A stretch of DNA of 63,609 nt, the filler included. It is 6 parts of 6 records of this genome, joined end to end, with 100 filler letters (N's around TTAATTAATTAA, not from the genome) between each part and the next. Parts side by side here need not be neighbours in the genome. Positions count along the whole stretch, not along the records: positions 43,830 to 53,643 come from SRR31156797_18321; positions 53,744 to 63,609 come from SRR31156797_18324; 4 more parts are not named here. One strand, given 5' to 3'. A program made the translations under genes and the position numbers. Position 1 is the first letter of the stretch. The number at the start of each line of letters is the position of its first letter. This document shows, in pieces, positions 49,568-59,212 of the stretch. The notes under the pieces are model-generated. The model was not told the origin of the DNA. It saw nothing but the letters and a program-made list of their open reading frames with translations, and did not search any database.

Positions 49568-51271
49568 ATGACCATGACGCATAAACCAGATAATCCTTTT
49601 TCGCCCGAATGGAACGCCCAGGCGCCTCCTGAAAAAAGCTTCCGTTCCATTTTCAAATGGGGCGATCCTGATTCGTTCAAACATCCCAACCAACGGCTTT
49701 ACAGCATGCTCAAGGAAACCCTGGAACTGAACGACAATGATTTCAGTCGGCGTCGGAATGAAGGGTTGGAAGAAGTCAGGGCCGCCGGGCCGTCAGCCAT
49801 GAACCGGGAAGACGTTGAAGCGTTTTCCCAAATCGTGGGCAGGGACAATGTTGGGTTGTCTGATTTTGAACGGGTAAAATACGCTCATGGCCAGACAATG
49901 GAAGAAAGTATGAACCTGAGGTCCGGCCTGACAAAAGATTTACCCGACCTGGTTCTGCATCCAAAAAGCAAACAGGATGTTGTTGAAATTCTGGCCTTGT
50001 GTCATAACAGACGCATTCCCGTCTATGTCTACGGCGGCGGTTCTTCGGTCAACATGGGTTTTTCCCCGGTCAGGGGCGGCGTGACCCTGGTCATGCAGAC
50101 CCATATTAACCGCTTGCTGGAATTCAATGAAAAAAACCAGACCGCTTCGGTTCAGGCCGGCATCATGGGGCCGGTGTATGAAAAGCTGCTCAATGAAGCC
50201 CCGGCCTTTTTCAATGCTTCAAGGGCCTATACCTGCGGCCACTTTCCCCAGTCATTCGAATACTCCACGGTTGGTGGATGGATCGCCGCCCTGGGCTCCG
50301 GGCAGCAATCGTCCTATTACGGGGACGCGGCCGACCTGGTAATAAGCCAGGAATACGCGACTCCGGCCGGAACGTTCGTCACCAGGGAATTCCCGGCCGC
50401 AGCCAACGGTCCCGACGTAGGGGCCATGATGAAAGGCAGCGAAGGGACTTACGGGGTTATGGTTTCAGCGGTCATGAAAGTCTTTCGACACATGCCGGAA
50501 AACACAAGGCGGTTTGCATATATTTTTCCTAGTTGGGAAGCGGCTGTTGATGCGGCCAGGGAAATATCCCAGGGTGAATTCGGCATGCCGTCCGTCTTCA
50601 GGATTTCCGACCCGGAAGAAACTGCCGTGGCCCTCAAACTTTACGGCGTGGAAGGAAGCCCCCTGGAAAAAATAATACAGTGGCGGGGCTTGAAGCCGAT
50701 GCAGCGCTGCCTTTTCATCGGGCAGGCTGACGGCCAGGCCGACTTCACCCGTGTGGTGCAAAAGAACGTCAAGAAAATATGCCGGCGTCAAAAAGGTTTG
50801 AACATCACCGGGTATCCGGTAAAAAAATGGGCCCACGGCCGGTACACCGATCCATATCTGCGGGATTCCCTGGGCGACTACGGCATTGTCATCGACACTC
50901 TGGAAACGACCGTCAACTGGAATAACCTCCACCAGGTTCACCAGGCGGTCCGTTCGTTTATCAAGGAACGGCCGCGAACGGTTTGCATGACCCACTCTTC
51001 GCATTTCTATCCCCAGGGGACAAACCTTTATTTCATTTTTATCGCCGCCATGAAATCGGTTGAAGAATACCGGACTTTTCAACACGGCATAATCGACCGG
51101 ATCGAGCAGAGCGGGGGCTCTCTGAGTCATCACCACGGCGTGGGCAAGATGATCGGGCCGTGGATGGAACGGTATTTGTCCCCGACGGAAATGGGGGCCT
51201 TGCGCGCTCTGAAGAATTACTTTGATCCCAATGGAATTATGAATCCGGGCGGAACCCTGGGGCTGGACTGA
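49568..51271 (+). CDS. FAD-linked oxidase, alkyl-dihydroxyacetonephosphate synthase (ADPS)-like
   Basis: PDLVLHP, YGGGSSV, GHFPQSFEYSTVGGW, GSEG, HSSHFY, SHHHGVG, DPNGIMNPG. Confidence 0.88.
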   Translation: MTMTHKPDNPFSPEWNAQAPPEKSFRSIFKWGDPDSFKHPNQRLYSMLKETLELNDNDFSRRRNEGLEEVRAAGPSAMNREDVEAFSQIVGRDNVGLSDFERVKYAHGQTMEESMNLRSGLTKDLPDLVLHPKSKQDVVEILALCHNRRIPVYVYGGGSSVNMGFSPVRGGVTLVMQTHINRLLEFNEKNQTASVQAGIMGPVYEKLLNEAPAFFNASRAYTCGHFPQSFEYSTVGGWIAALGSGQQSSYYGDAADLVISQEYATPAGTFVTREFPAAANGPDVGAMMKGSEGTYGVMVSAVMKVFRHMPENTRRFAYIFPSWEAAVDAAREISQGEFGMPSVFRISDPEETAVALKLYGVEGSPLEKIIQWRGLKPMQRCLFIGQADGQADFTRVVQKNVKKICRRQKGLNITGYPVKKWAHGRYTDPYLRDSLGDYGIVIDTLETTVNWNNLHQVHQAVRSFIKERPRTVCMTHSSHFYPQGTNLYFIFIAAMKSVEEYRTFQHGIIDRIEQSGGSLSHHHGVGKMIGPWMERYLSPTEMGALRALKNYFDPNGIMNPGGTLGLD

Positions 51272-51555
51272 TCCGGAATTATCAGAACACGTAAATTAAA
51301 TTCCCTGCCTGTAGACCGGTAGTCGCCGCTTGTTTCTTTTGCGACCAATCCCCGTATATCCATATTTTTAGGGGGCGGCGGCCGCTGCTCCCCTAAATAT
51401 CTTTGAATCCAGAAGAAAACTATTGGGCGCTTTTTCAATATTTGCTATAATACTCCAATTCTAAAAGCAGCTTTTTAAAAAACGGTGTTTGTTTAAGTGC
51501 AACTGAATCGCGATGTTTGGGCGTGTACTCATGCGGATTGAGGGAGGTTGGATCC

Positions 51556-52941
51556 ATGAGCGCTGGAAAGGGATTATTGCATCTGGACATGAACCGTCGC
51601 CAGGCCCTGGGCGCTATCGGCGGCGCCCTGGCTGCTTGCGCGACAGGTTTGAACTGGCCGGCATTGGCGAGTGAAACGAAGCGGCCCAATGTTATTTTTA
51701 TTCTGGTCGACGACCAGAGGTGGGACCACATGGGCAACATGGGACACCCGTTTCTGAAAACGCCCAACATGGACCGCCTGGCCCGGGAAGGCGTCCGCTT
51801 TGATAACGCTTTTGTCACTACTTCATTATGCAGCCCTTCCAGGGCGAGTTTTCTGACCGGCCAATACGCCCACACCCACGGCGTCAAAAACAACCTAACT
51901 CCATGGAGCAATGACAACGAGACTTACCTGGAACATTTTAAAAAAGCGGGCTATGACACCGCCTTTATCGGCAAGTGGCACATGCCCGGAAAACTGCCTG
52001 AATTAAGGGGAGTGGACAAGTTCATCACCTTTACGGCCCAGGCCGGGCAGGGGCAGTATTTTGATTGCCCGCTTATTGTTGACGGCAAGGAGGAGCCGTC
52101 CAGAAAAAAATACATAACCGAAGAACTGACGGACAGGGCCCTTGAATATTTGGAAGAGCGTACGGACAAGCCTTTTTGCCTGTACCTGTCGCACAAGGCC
52201 GTGCATCACCCGTTTTTACCGCCTTCGGACCTGGACAAGCTATACGAAAATGAAAAACTGCCCCTGCCGGATGAATACGATTCCTGGGTTTCATGGTTTA
52301 ACGGCTTGGTTTTTTCAGGCGTTCTGGGTCCGCTTGAAAGAGTTTATCGTAATTATTGCGAAGCGCTTGTCTCGGTGGATCGCCAGGTTGGTCGCGTATT
52401 GGACTGGCTGGATAAAAACGGGCTGGCTGAAGACACTATAGTTGTTTATGCCGGGGATAACGGATATTTCTGGGGCGAACACCGGTTGGTGGACAAGCGT
52501 TGGCCTTACGAAGAATCCATTCGCGTGCCTCTGATTATCAGGCATCCCCGTTCAGTCGCCAATGCCGGGCAGAGTGCTCCGCAAATGGCTTTAAACCTGG
52601 ATGTGGCGCCCACCATCATGGAAATGACCGGCCTGCCTATTCCCGAAAAAATGGAAGGCCAAAGCCTGGCCCCTGTTTTGAAAGACAGGAACGCCCCTGG
52701 CCGCAAAGCCTGGCTTTATGAATATTTCAAGGATTTTCCCTATAATGTTCCGGAACTCAAGGCCGTTCGCACCGACAGGTATAAGTATGTTAAATATGAA
52801 GGCAAGAGACCGGACGAATTGTTCGACCTGAAAAGCGACCCCCGGGAAAAAAACAACCTTATGGGAACAGAGGAAGGAAAAAAGGTCCTTCCCTTGCTTA
52901 CCTCCATGCTTGACGACCTGAACAAGGGGGTGAAATTATGA
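51556..52941 (+). CDS. Tat-exported Cys-type sulfatase
   Basis: NRRQALG Tat motif; DDQR, LCSPSRASFLTG (CxPxR), GKWH, GDNG. Confidence 0.95.
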   Translation: MSAGKGLLHLDMNRRQALGAIGGALAACATGLNWPALASETKRPNVIFILVDDQRWDHMGNMGHPFLKTPNMDRLAREGVRFDNAFVTTSLCSPSRASFLTGQYAHTHGVKNNLTPWSNDNETYLEHFKKAGYDTAFIGKWHMPGKLPELRGVDKFITFTAQAGQGQYFDCPLIVDGKEEPSRKKYITEELTDRALEYLEERTDKPFCLYLSHKAVHHPFLPPSDLDKLYENEKLPLPDEYDSWVSWFNGLVFSGVLGPLERVYRNYCEALVSVDRQVGRVLDWLDKNGLAEDTIVVYAGDNGYFWGEHRLVDKRWPYEESIRVPLIIRHPRSVANAGQSAPQMALNLDVAPTIMEMTGLPIPEKMEGQSLAPVLKDRNAPGRKAWLYEYFKDFPYNVPELKAVRTDRYKYVKYEGKRPDELFDLKSDPREKNNLMGTEEGKKVLPLLTSMLDDLNKGVKL

Positions 52942-53516
52942 TCCGGACAAACAATCCGGTCAAAAAGCAAAATTTCCTTATAAGGGTTATCCTGACTCCG
53001 GCCCCTGTTTTCATCCTTTTTTTTGCGGCCTTATACCTTCATAATAATCTGTGGCGGTACGGCCTGCCGCCGGTAACCAGAATCGGCGGGCATATTTCTT
53101 TTTTTATTTTTCTGATCTGCTACTTTTTCGGCGCCTTTTACGTTTATCCTAAAGCATATTTTCGAGGCGCCGGGCCGATTGAAAGGATCTTTGCGGGTCT
53201 TGTCACCCCTGTAACATTTATCGTTTACGAAATTGTCAGGGTCAGCGAGTTTTTTACCTTGGGTGAATCGGTATATTACGGCTTCAGCACAATCGGCCTT
53301 TTGCCGATTACTGTCAATATAGGTTTTATGGGATTGGCTGAAATGATTTGCCGGGCGCGGGTTCGTCGCCTTGACTACCCGATTCCGGTTGTCGCTCCGC
53401 TTCCCCTTTTCGCCTTCGCCCTGCTGCCTGCCGGCGTTTACGTTATGTTCATATGGGGAATGGGAACTCATTGGTTTTATATTTATCAAGAAGGGTATAA
53501 ATTTCTTTTTCACTGA
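52938..53516 (+). CDS. Hypothetical integral membrane protein
   Basis: About five hydrophobic helices; ATGA overlap with the sulfatase stop. Confidence 0.75.
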   Translation: MIRTNNPVKKQNFLIRVILTPAPVFILFFAALYLHNNLWRYGLPPVTRIGGHISFFIFLICYFFGAFYVYPKAYFRGAGPIERIFAGLVTPVTFIVYEIVRVSEFFTLGESVYYGFSTIGLLPITVNIGFMGLAEMICRARVRRLDYPIPVVAPLPLFAFALLPAGVYVMFIWGMGTHWFYIYQEGYKFLFH

Positions 53517-53581
53517 TTATTGAGTTCAACCACCGGCTCTGCCGTTTCCTGCATGTGCAACAATCTTTGGGTCGAGAAAAG

Positions 53582-53616
53582 GGGTCAGGAGCCTTAAAAT
53601 AAAAGGCTCCTGACCC
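53582..53616. repeat. 14-bp perfect inverted repeat (terminator or REP-like palindrome)
   Basis: GGGTCAGGAGCCTT-7 nt-AAGGCTCCTGACCC near the contig end. Confidence 0.7.
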
Positions 53617-53643
53617 AATACTGTCCGGAACGGAAATTGAATA

Positions 53644-53743
53644 NNNNNNNNNNNNNNNNNNNNNNNNNNNNNNNNNNNNNNNNNNNNTTAATTAATTAAN
53701 NNNNNNNNNNNNNNNNNNNNNNNNNNNNNNNNNNNNNNNNNNN
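53644..53743. other. Artificial contig spacer
   Basis: N-run + TTAATTAATTAA + N-run. Confidence 0.98.
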
Positions 53744-54066
53744 TGCCACGCAATCTGCCACTACTCATACAATCAACCGTGAATTATATTTTTAAAAGCT
53801 TGTAATGTCTTATATATCTGGCTAATATGGGGTTTGTGTAGTAGGGTGAGGAAATACAATTTACCATACAAATGGATAAACTAAACACCTAATAAATATC
53901 AAAAAAACTGTTGATAACTTTTATATATTTTTATTTGCTGAGAGGCTAATTTATGATGTTTTGCAGGGAAAAAGACTTTTATTGCAATCTAGGAGAGTAA
54001 CAATTCAATAAAAAGTTCGTTTGAATGTAATAGATAATAAATTAACCTCATTCAAAATATCTATTC

Positions 54067-55374
54067 ATGAAAATATTCCTAACAACTTTAATAATTGCAT
54101 TATCATTAACTGTTAATGCGCAAAAACTATTGCCGGAAAGTACAACTATTCCATGCTGTGATAACAAATACCATCTTTCAAATGAACCTATTACGAATAG
54201 AGAGTATATAACCTATTTGAATTGGTTAGAGTCCGTTTATAACAGCTTCCCTTTATTGAATAAACAAGTTTATGAAGCATTACCAGGAATCCTTTCGGAT
54301 GATATTAATAAGGATTTCAAAAATAGTAATGATTTTATCTACCATGTAACAGTCAATTTTCCGAATGCAAAACTATCCTCATTTGAGGATAAAACTGTGA
54401 GAAACCAGCTTATAAAGTCGAACAACAAAGCTGTAAAAACCAAAGACTTCAAATGGCCATACACATATTTCGAAGGAGATGGTAAAAAACAAGTTTACAA
54501 GCTTCATAAGTCTCTATACTTGGAAAATGCAACAAACTATGTAAAGGATTACATGTTTAATCCTAAATACCTTGATTACCCAGTTGTTGGTCTATCTCAA
54601 CTTCAAGCTTTAAAATATTTAAAGTGGTTAAGTGACCGATATAACGAATCTCAGCTTTTTGATAAAAAGCTACTACATTTTGACTCCAACCAATTAGGCG
54701 AAAACTGTTTTGTGACAGAGGCATACTTGGCAGAACAATATGCTGGTATACCTTCTGAAAAACATCCAGAGCATAACCTAAAATGGAATTCTGGCTTATT
54801 TCTTCCTTCTTTTCGTTTGCCTTGTGCCTATGAGCTAAATAAAAGGGATGATAAGATTGAATTTAAGGAGTATAAGAAAGATAAACTTAAGTTCTTAAAA
54901 CCTTGGTTATTTGAATTGAACATGAAAAGAGAAGAATATAAAATCACCTACTCAGAATACAATATAGAAATTGGTTTAAATTTATTCTCCTCTTTTAATA
55001 AGGAGTTTGAACTAGATTATTTTGAAAAAGAGATACTAACTCTTAATAGTCCTAATAATCAAGCTGAAAAAAATTATCTAAATCTTTTAGCCGATTTAGG
55101 CTATCCCGTAATCTCAATAAAGAAATTTCTTGATTCAGAAGGTTATGAGATTGAAAAAAATGCAGATGGCAACATGTGGTACACCATCATTGATGCGGAC
55201 GAAAGTGGTACGCTTACTTATATAGATAATTTTAAAACTCAAGAGTTTTTTGAAGCATCTAAAGATAAAGGTTGGAAATATAGAAATGAATATTTTAAAC
55301 TTCCATTAAAGCATGAAATTAATGATGATTTAAGGCCAGTTAAATTTGTGTTTACAACAATTCTTAATAATTAA
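54067..55374 (+). CDS. Secreted protein with degenerate FGE-sulfatase (GldJ/GldK-like) domain
   Basis: Signal peptide ending NAQ; EPITNREY, YMFNPKYLDYPVVGLSQLQALKYLKWLSDRYNE, FRLP. Confidence 0.65.
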   Translation: MKIFLTTLIIALSLTVNAQKLLPESTTIPCCDNKYHLSNEPITNREYITYLNWLESVYNSFPLLNKQVYEALPGILSDDINKDFKNSNDFIYHVTVNFPNAKLSSFEDKTVRNQLIKSNNKAVKTKDFKWPYTYFEGDGKKQVYKLHKSLYLENATNYVKDYMFNPKYLDYPVVGLSQLQALKYLKWLSDRYNESQLFDKKLLHFDSNQLGENCFVTEAYLAEQYAGIPSEKHPEHNLKWNSGLFLPSFRLPCAYELNKRDDKIEFKEYKKDKLKFLKPWLFELNMKREEYKITYSEYNIEIGLNLFSSFNKEFELDYFEKEILTLNSPNNQAEKNYLNLLADLGYPVISIKKFLDSEGYEIEKNADGNMWYTIIDADESGTLTYIDNFKTQEFFEASKDKGWKYRNEYFKLPLKHEINDDLRPVKFVFTTILNN

Positions 55375-55377
55375 ATA

Positions 55378-56403
55378 ATGATAATTGTTCTTAATCAATT
55401 AAATATGAATATAAGATTAGTTCTTATCCTGATTGTGTTATCTATCAGCTCAATCCCTGCATATAGTGAGACTACCTTTGAGCGTGGCTTTAAAGATGGT
55501 TACAAAGAAGGTTATTGTTACAACGATTATGGTTGTATTGCACCGATTCCTCCAATAGCACCAATTCCCAATGTTAACGAAAGTAAAGATAACTACCAAG
55601 ATGGTTATAATAGAGGCTTTAAGCGTGGCATGGAAGATAAAACAAGAGACTTAAAAAAGAAGCAAAATCAGGCAACTCCTAACACACAACAATTAAATAA
55701 TCATAAATTCAAAGATTTCACAGGAGCAGATATGAGTGGAACTTTACAAGCTCTGCCTGAAGTTGAGATGCCATCACAATCATCTATAAATAGAAAGCTA
55801 TGGGAACAAAATAGAAGCAGCGCAATTGCTATTGAGCAAAGCTATAGGTCTTTTAATTCATACCCTTCAAGCATTTCAAATGGCTGGCATAATGTTATCT
55901 GTGTAAGTAAACAAACAAACCAAAGAATTTCTGCAAAGGTACTTGTGTCATCCAATTTAATTAAAGATATAGAACCAGGAAAAAAGGCGGCTCATATCGA
56001 TATGAGTGTCACATACCCTACAAAAATTAATAACGCAAAAACATCCTTGCAATTAACATGGAACTATGATGGAAGTATTAAGGTTTTTGATGTTTACTTT
56101 TTTGAATATCTAAATAACCCAAATTCTTCTGCCACGCCACCATTAAAGAAAGGAAAAGTTAGTTTTTGGACTAATTGGAAGAAAGCAATAGGAACTAAAA
56201 TTTATATAGAGGATGAATATATTGGTACTTTCTATGGATACTTTACTGATGGAGAACCCAATTGTGGACAAGAAGGTACTGTAACATATGAAAACAAAGC
56301 TGGCAAATACTCTTTTAAAGCTTATTCCAAAAAGAAAGGCAATTGGGCTGGCACTATAGAAATCAAAGAAGAGGACTGCTCTACGATATTACTAGGTGAA
56401 TAA
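55378..56403 (+). CDS. Hypothetical secreted protein
   Basis: Signal peptide; GFKDGYKEGY/GYNRGF repeats around PIPPIAPIP; beta-rich C-terminus with Cys pair. Confidence 0.7.
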   Translation: MIIVLNQLNMNIRLVLILIVLSISSIPAYSETTFERGFKDGYKEGYCYNDYGCIAPIPPIAPIPNVNESKDNYQDGYNRGFKRGMEDKTRDLKKKQNQATPNTQQLNNHKFKDFTGADMSGTLQALPEVEMPSQSSINRKLWEQNRSSAIAIEQSYRSFNSYPSSISNGWHNVICVSKQTNQRISAKVLVSSNLIKDIEPGKKAAHIDMSVTYPTKINNAKTSLQLTWNYDGSIKVFDVYFFEYLNNPNSSATPPLKKGKVSFWTNWKKAIGTKIYIEDEYIGTFYGYFTDGEPNCGQEGTVTYENKAGKYSFKAYSKKKGNWAGTIEIKEEDCSTILLGE

Positions 56404-56513
56404 AGCTATCTGTGCATTAGATTATAATTCGAATAATCTTTAAAAAACTATAGTTGTAAGCTATCTAATAGCATATAACTTATTTCATTAAAATATGCTT
56501 ATCACGAAATAAA

Positions 56514-56915
56514 ATGAAAGGTGAATTTATGGAGAAAAAGGAAGAATTTTCTAAATCAGAACTTGAGAAAATACTGGTAATGTATAGTGAATTGAAAGTC
56601 TTATTTGATTCAGTTGAATATAAAGGTCTTGATTTTAAGGCTAAAAACGATGTAACATTTAAGGGCTATAGTGGCACGACAGAAAAGGAATGTGTTGAGT
56701 ACACTGAGGAAGTAATTAAAAATTTTGGTGATACCATTTATATTCATGAAGATGAACCTAATCAGGAAATGTTACCAATTTACAGAGATATGTATTTGCG
56801 CTTTATTGAGAAAAGAACTTCATCAATCTTTAATAGGTTAGAATCATCAGAACAACAAAGAAAAGAATTCATTGACTTTGTTGTGTATGGCGATACTAAA
56901 TTAAGCTGTAAATAA
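56514..56915 (+). CDS. YfbU-like protein
   Basis: ILVMYSEL..FKGYSGTTE..EMLPIYRDMY resembles the YfbU C-terminal part. Confidence 0.5.
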   Translation: MKGEFMEKKEEFSKSELEKILVMYSELKVLFDSVEYKGLDFKAKNDVTFKGYSGTTEKECVEYTEEVIKNFGDTIYIHEDEPNQEMLPIYRDMYLRFIEKRTSSIFNRLESSEQQRKEFIDFVVYGDTKLSCK

Positions 56916-56976
56916 GTTAAAATACTTTTTAGTTGTAGAGTGATAGAGCTCGGCAAACAAATAAAAATAATATTTA

Positions 56977-57852
56977 ATGATTTTTCCCGATAATAAAGAT
57001 TACCCAATATTCGCCGAAGGTATTGGAGACTTCAAAAATTTTGAAATACGACTTAATAAAGACCCTAAAGACATTGATTACGGTGATAGAATACTAATTT
57101 ACCATTGGAAACACCTAGCTGATTATAGATACTTGATTGTTGTAGGAAATAAAATTCCCCAAGGTGGTGGATATAGGAGGGCAAAATTAACATTTGATAA
57201 TCCTAAAGGGGAAAAGACCGTTGAAACTCAAGTAAAATTTGAAGAGGGTGTTTTACATACCAAGCTCCCTAATATTAGAGAAATTTCATTATTAGCTATT
57301 CAAAATATTTCTATTCGATACTCTTTTAGGAGCTATAATAAATATATTCAAAGAGAACTAGAAAGAAGCCGCAAAATTAAAGATTATGAAAAAGCGGAAA
57401 AAGAAAAAAGAGAAAAATACTGGAACAGTCCAGAAGGAAAGCACATTTTGAAATTGTTTAATGATGAACAGGAACAACTCAAAAAAGATAAGTTGGAAAA
57501 AAAGCGTGAAGCATGGTCTTGGTTTAACAGGTCTTTTTTACTTTATCTTGATGCAATAAAAATTTGGGATGCTAAGAAAGAACCATTTATTGATGAAATT
57601 TTAGAGCTTAAAAAGCAAAGAAGAAATTTAGGCGGTGAGGATAAAAAGAAGCAAAAAGAGTTATTTGAAAAAACTAACAACCTTAGGCGTGCTTTGCGAA
57701 AAGAACAAAATGATTTCATGAGTAAATACCAATGGCCTCGCACTATTTGGGGTAATTTGAAGTATTGCCCTCCTGAGTTAGAACAAGAAATTCGTACTTA
57801 CGTAAATAAGCACAATATCCCAATTAGACCACAAGTGGATATCGATAGTTAA
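56977..57852 (+). CDS. Hypothetical protein with charged helical C-terminus
   Basis: 291-aa ORF, family not recognised. Confidence 0.7.
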   Translation: MIFPDNKDYPIFAEGIGDFKNFEIRLNKDPKDIDYGDRILIYHWKHLADYRYLIVVGNKIPQGGGYRRAKLTFDNPKGEKTVETQVKFEEGVLHTKLPNIREISLLAIQNISIRYSFRSYNKYIQRELERSRKIKDYEKAEKEKREKYWNSPEGKHILKLFNDEQEQLKKDKLEKKREAWSWFNRSFLLYLDAIKIWDAKKEPFIDEILELKKQRRNLGGEDKKKQKELFEKTNNLRRALRKEQNDFMSKYQWPRTIWGNLKYCPPELEQEIRTYVNKHNIPIRPQVDIDS

Positions 57853-57856
57853 TATG

Positions 57857-57901
57857 GCTATTTTTCCAGTAAATGTTTACGTTATTTGTTGGAAAAATAG
57901 C
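57857..57901. terminator. Bidirectional terminator between cargo genes and the lysis cassette
   Basis: GCTATTTTTCCA...TGGAAAAATAGC 12-bp perfect stem, extendable with G-U pairs, between convergent stops. Confidence 0.75.
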
Positions 57902-57912
57902 ACATATTTTAT

Positions 57913-58473
57913 TTAATGAATAAATAAAATTGCATCAATCCTTCTCAACCACCCTTTCAAAAATTTATGATTCTGACCTTTCTGAGCAATGGTGTTGTAA
58001 TAATGGATGCGAGCAGATTTAATAGCATTAAATAATGATTCCGGGTGACATGAATTAATCGCCTTAACCGTATTCCTTCCAATAATACCATCCAATTTAA
58101 GGTCATATTCAAAAAAACGGTTCAATACTTTTTGAACTCCACAGCTACCCCAGTAACCACTATTTACGCACCAATCAAAAATGATTTCTTGCAAAGGACC
58201 AGAAACAATATAGCCTATTTTATATTTATCGTAGAAGTTATGCTTGTAGAAATCCTTAACCAATTCCGTTAATCCTGGAATATCTAGCTTTGTATTCCGC
58301 TTTATTTCTCCAAACGCTTGTTTGTATTCATCAATAAGCTGCCAACCATCCCAATTAGGATGTAAGTTCCGGGCTACACCCATATAGGTTTCACCACCTT
58401 TATCTCCGATTACGTTGGCATAATAGCCTTCATGTTTGATTACACCATCAAACAATTCATCAAAAGTCTTCAT
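57913..58473 (-). CDS. Glycoside hydrolase family 108 endolysin with C-terminal peptidoglycan-binding domain
   Basis: HEGYYAN..DKGGETYMGV, FDWCVNSG, DGIIGRNT, FLKGWLRR. Confidence 0.92.
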   Translation of the reverse strand: MKTFDELFDGVIKHEGYYANVIGDKGGETYMGVARNLHPNWDGWQLIDEYKQAFGEIKRNTKLDIPGLTELVKDFYKHNFYDKYKIGYIVSGPLQEIIFDWCVNSGYWGSCGVQKVLNRFFEYDLKLDGIIGRNTVKAINSCHPESLFNAIKSARIHYYNTIAQKGQNHKFLKGWLRRIDAILFIH

Positions 58474-58882
58474 TCTTACGTTTGGTTTTAAGTTTTACAT
58501 TGTTTACTCCTGATATTGCACCACCGAAGAGAAAGTCAATAATGGTGCTTAGTTTGGTGGATATTCCACCGTTGATACTGCTTATGAAAGCTATTTGCCA
58601 ATCCTGCAATTCAATTGTTTGAAAAACAAAATAGTTGAGCATAATGAAGGTCAGACCACACCATGCAACCAGGAAGAAGATTGCAAATGTTTTTTGCAGC
58701 AAGCTGTCCTGTGCATACATGGTTCTTGCTGAATCTCGGTCGGCAACCGCCATTTTAAAAAGCTCCATTTTTCCCTGGAGCTTTTCTTCCTGAGTAGTAA
58801 AAATCTCATCAATGAGTTTTGTACCAACCTTGAGTGTTTCCGTAACTCCGGCATTGGTTAGTTTTCCAAATATCTTTCTCAT
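58460..58882 (-). CDS. Holin (3TM/GTA-release-holin-like)
   Basis: TTQEEK..ADRDSARTMY, two TMs, IIDFLFGG; overlaps the endolysin start. Confidence 0.7.
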   Translation of the reverse strand: MRKIFGKLTNAGVTETLKVGTKLIDEIFTTQEEKLQGKMELFKMAVADRDSARTMYAQDSLLQKTFAIFFLVAWCGLTFIMLNYFVFQTIELQDWQIAFISSINGGISTKLSTIIDFLFGGAISGVNNVKLKTKRKNEDF

Positions 58883-59211
58883 CGCTCTACAAATTTTAAG
58901 ATGGTATCTAGCTTCTCATTAAGCTGCTTAATTGTTTGGTGAAACAGCTCCTTACTAACATAAATTTCTTTTGAGCTATCTCTTAAATCAGAAACACGCT
59001 TATGCAGTATGGCAAACTTGTTTTCAGCTCCTTCCAATTCTTTAGTAAGGTGTTGAATATCCTTCTCAAGTAAATCGGTCTTAGCATCAACGGTTTCTTT
59101 AGTGGCATTTTTAGAAATAGCATTGCGGATTATGTATGAGAGTACACCTACTGTGAGAGAACTCAATCCGGCTATAACCACCCAATAGAATTTAATTGTC
59201 ATTTCTTCCAT
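58879..59211 (-). CDS. Membrane-anchored coiled-coil protein of the lysis cassette
   Basis: True start likely MEEMTIKF at 59211, right after the ATPase stop; one N-terminal TM then a coiled coil ending KLDTIL. Confidence 0.7.
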   Translation of the reverse strand: MEEMTIKFYWVVIAGLSSLTVGVLSYIIRNAISKNATKETVDAKTDLLEKDIQHLTKELEGAENKFAILHKRVSDLRDSSKEIYVSKELFHQTIKQLNEKLDTILKFVER

Positions 59212-59212
59212 G

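Noticed and set aside
19258-51271. Apparent functional links across segments (rpoN with the sigma54 promoters; glpAB with the GlpD-like gene)
   Set aside because: They lie on different contigs that may come from different organisms, so adjacency is meaningless.
12550-53743. Five identical TTAATTAATTAA motifs within N-runs
   Set aside because: Artificial all-frame-stop contig linkers. ORFs ending in X at these points are truncations, not biology.
53744-53860. TGCCAC direct repeat at the contig start as a possible integrase arm or att site
   Set aside because: Only a 6-bp repeat, with no recognisable tRNA end and no second att copy or integrase in view.
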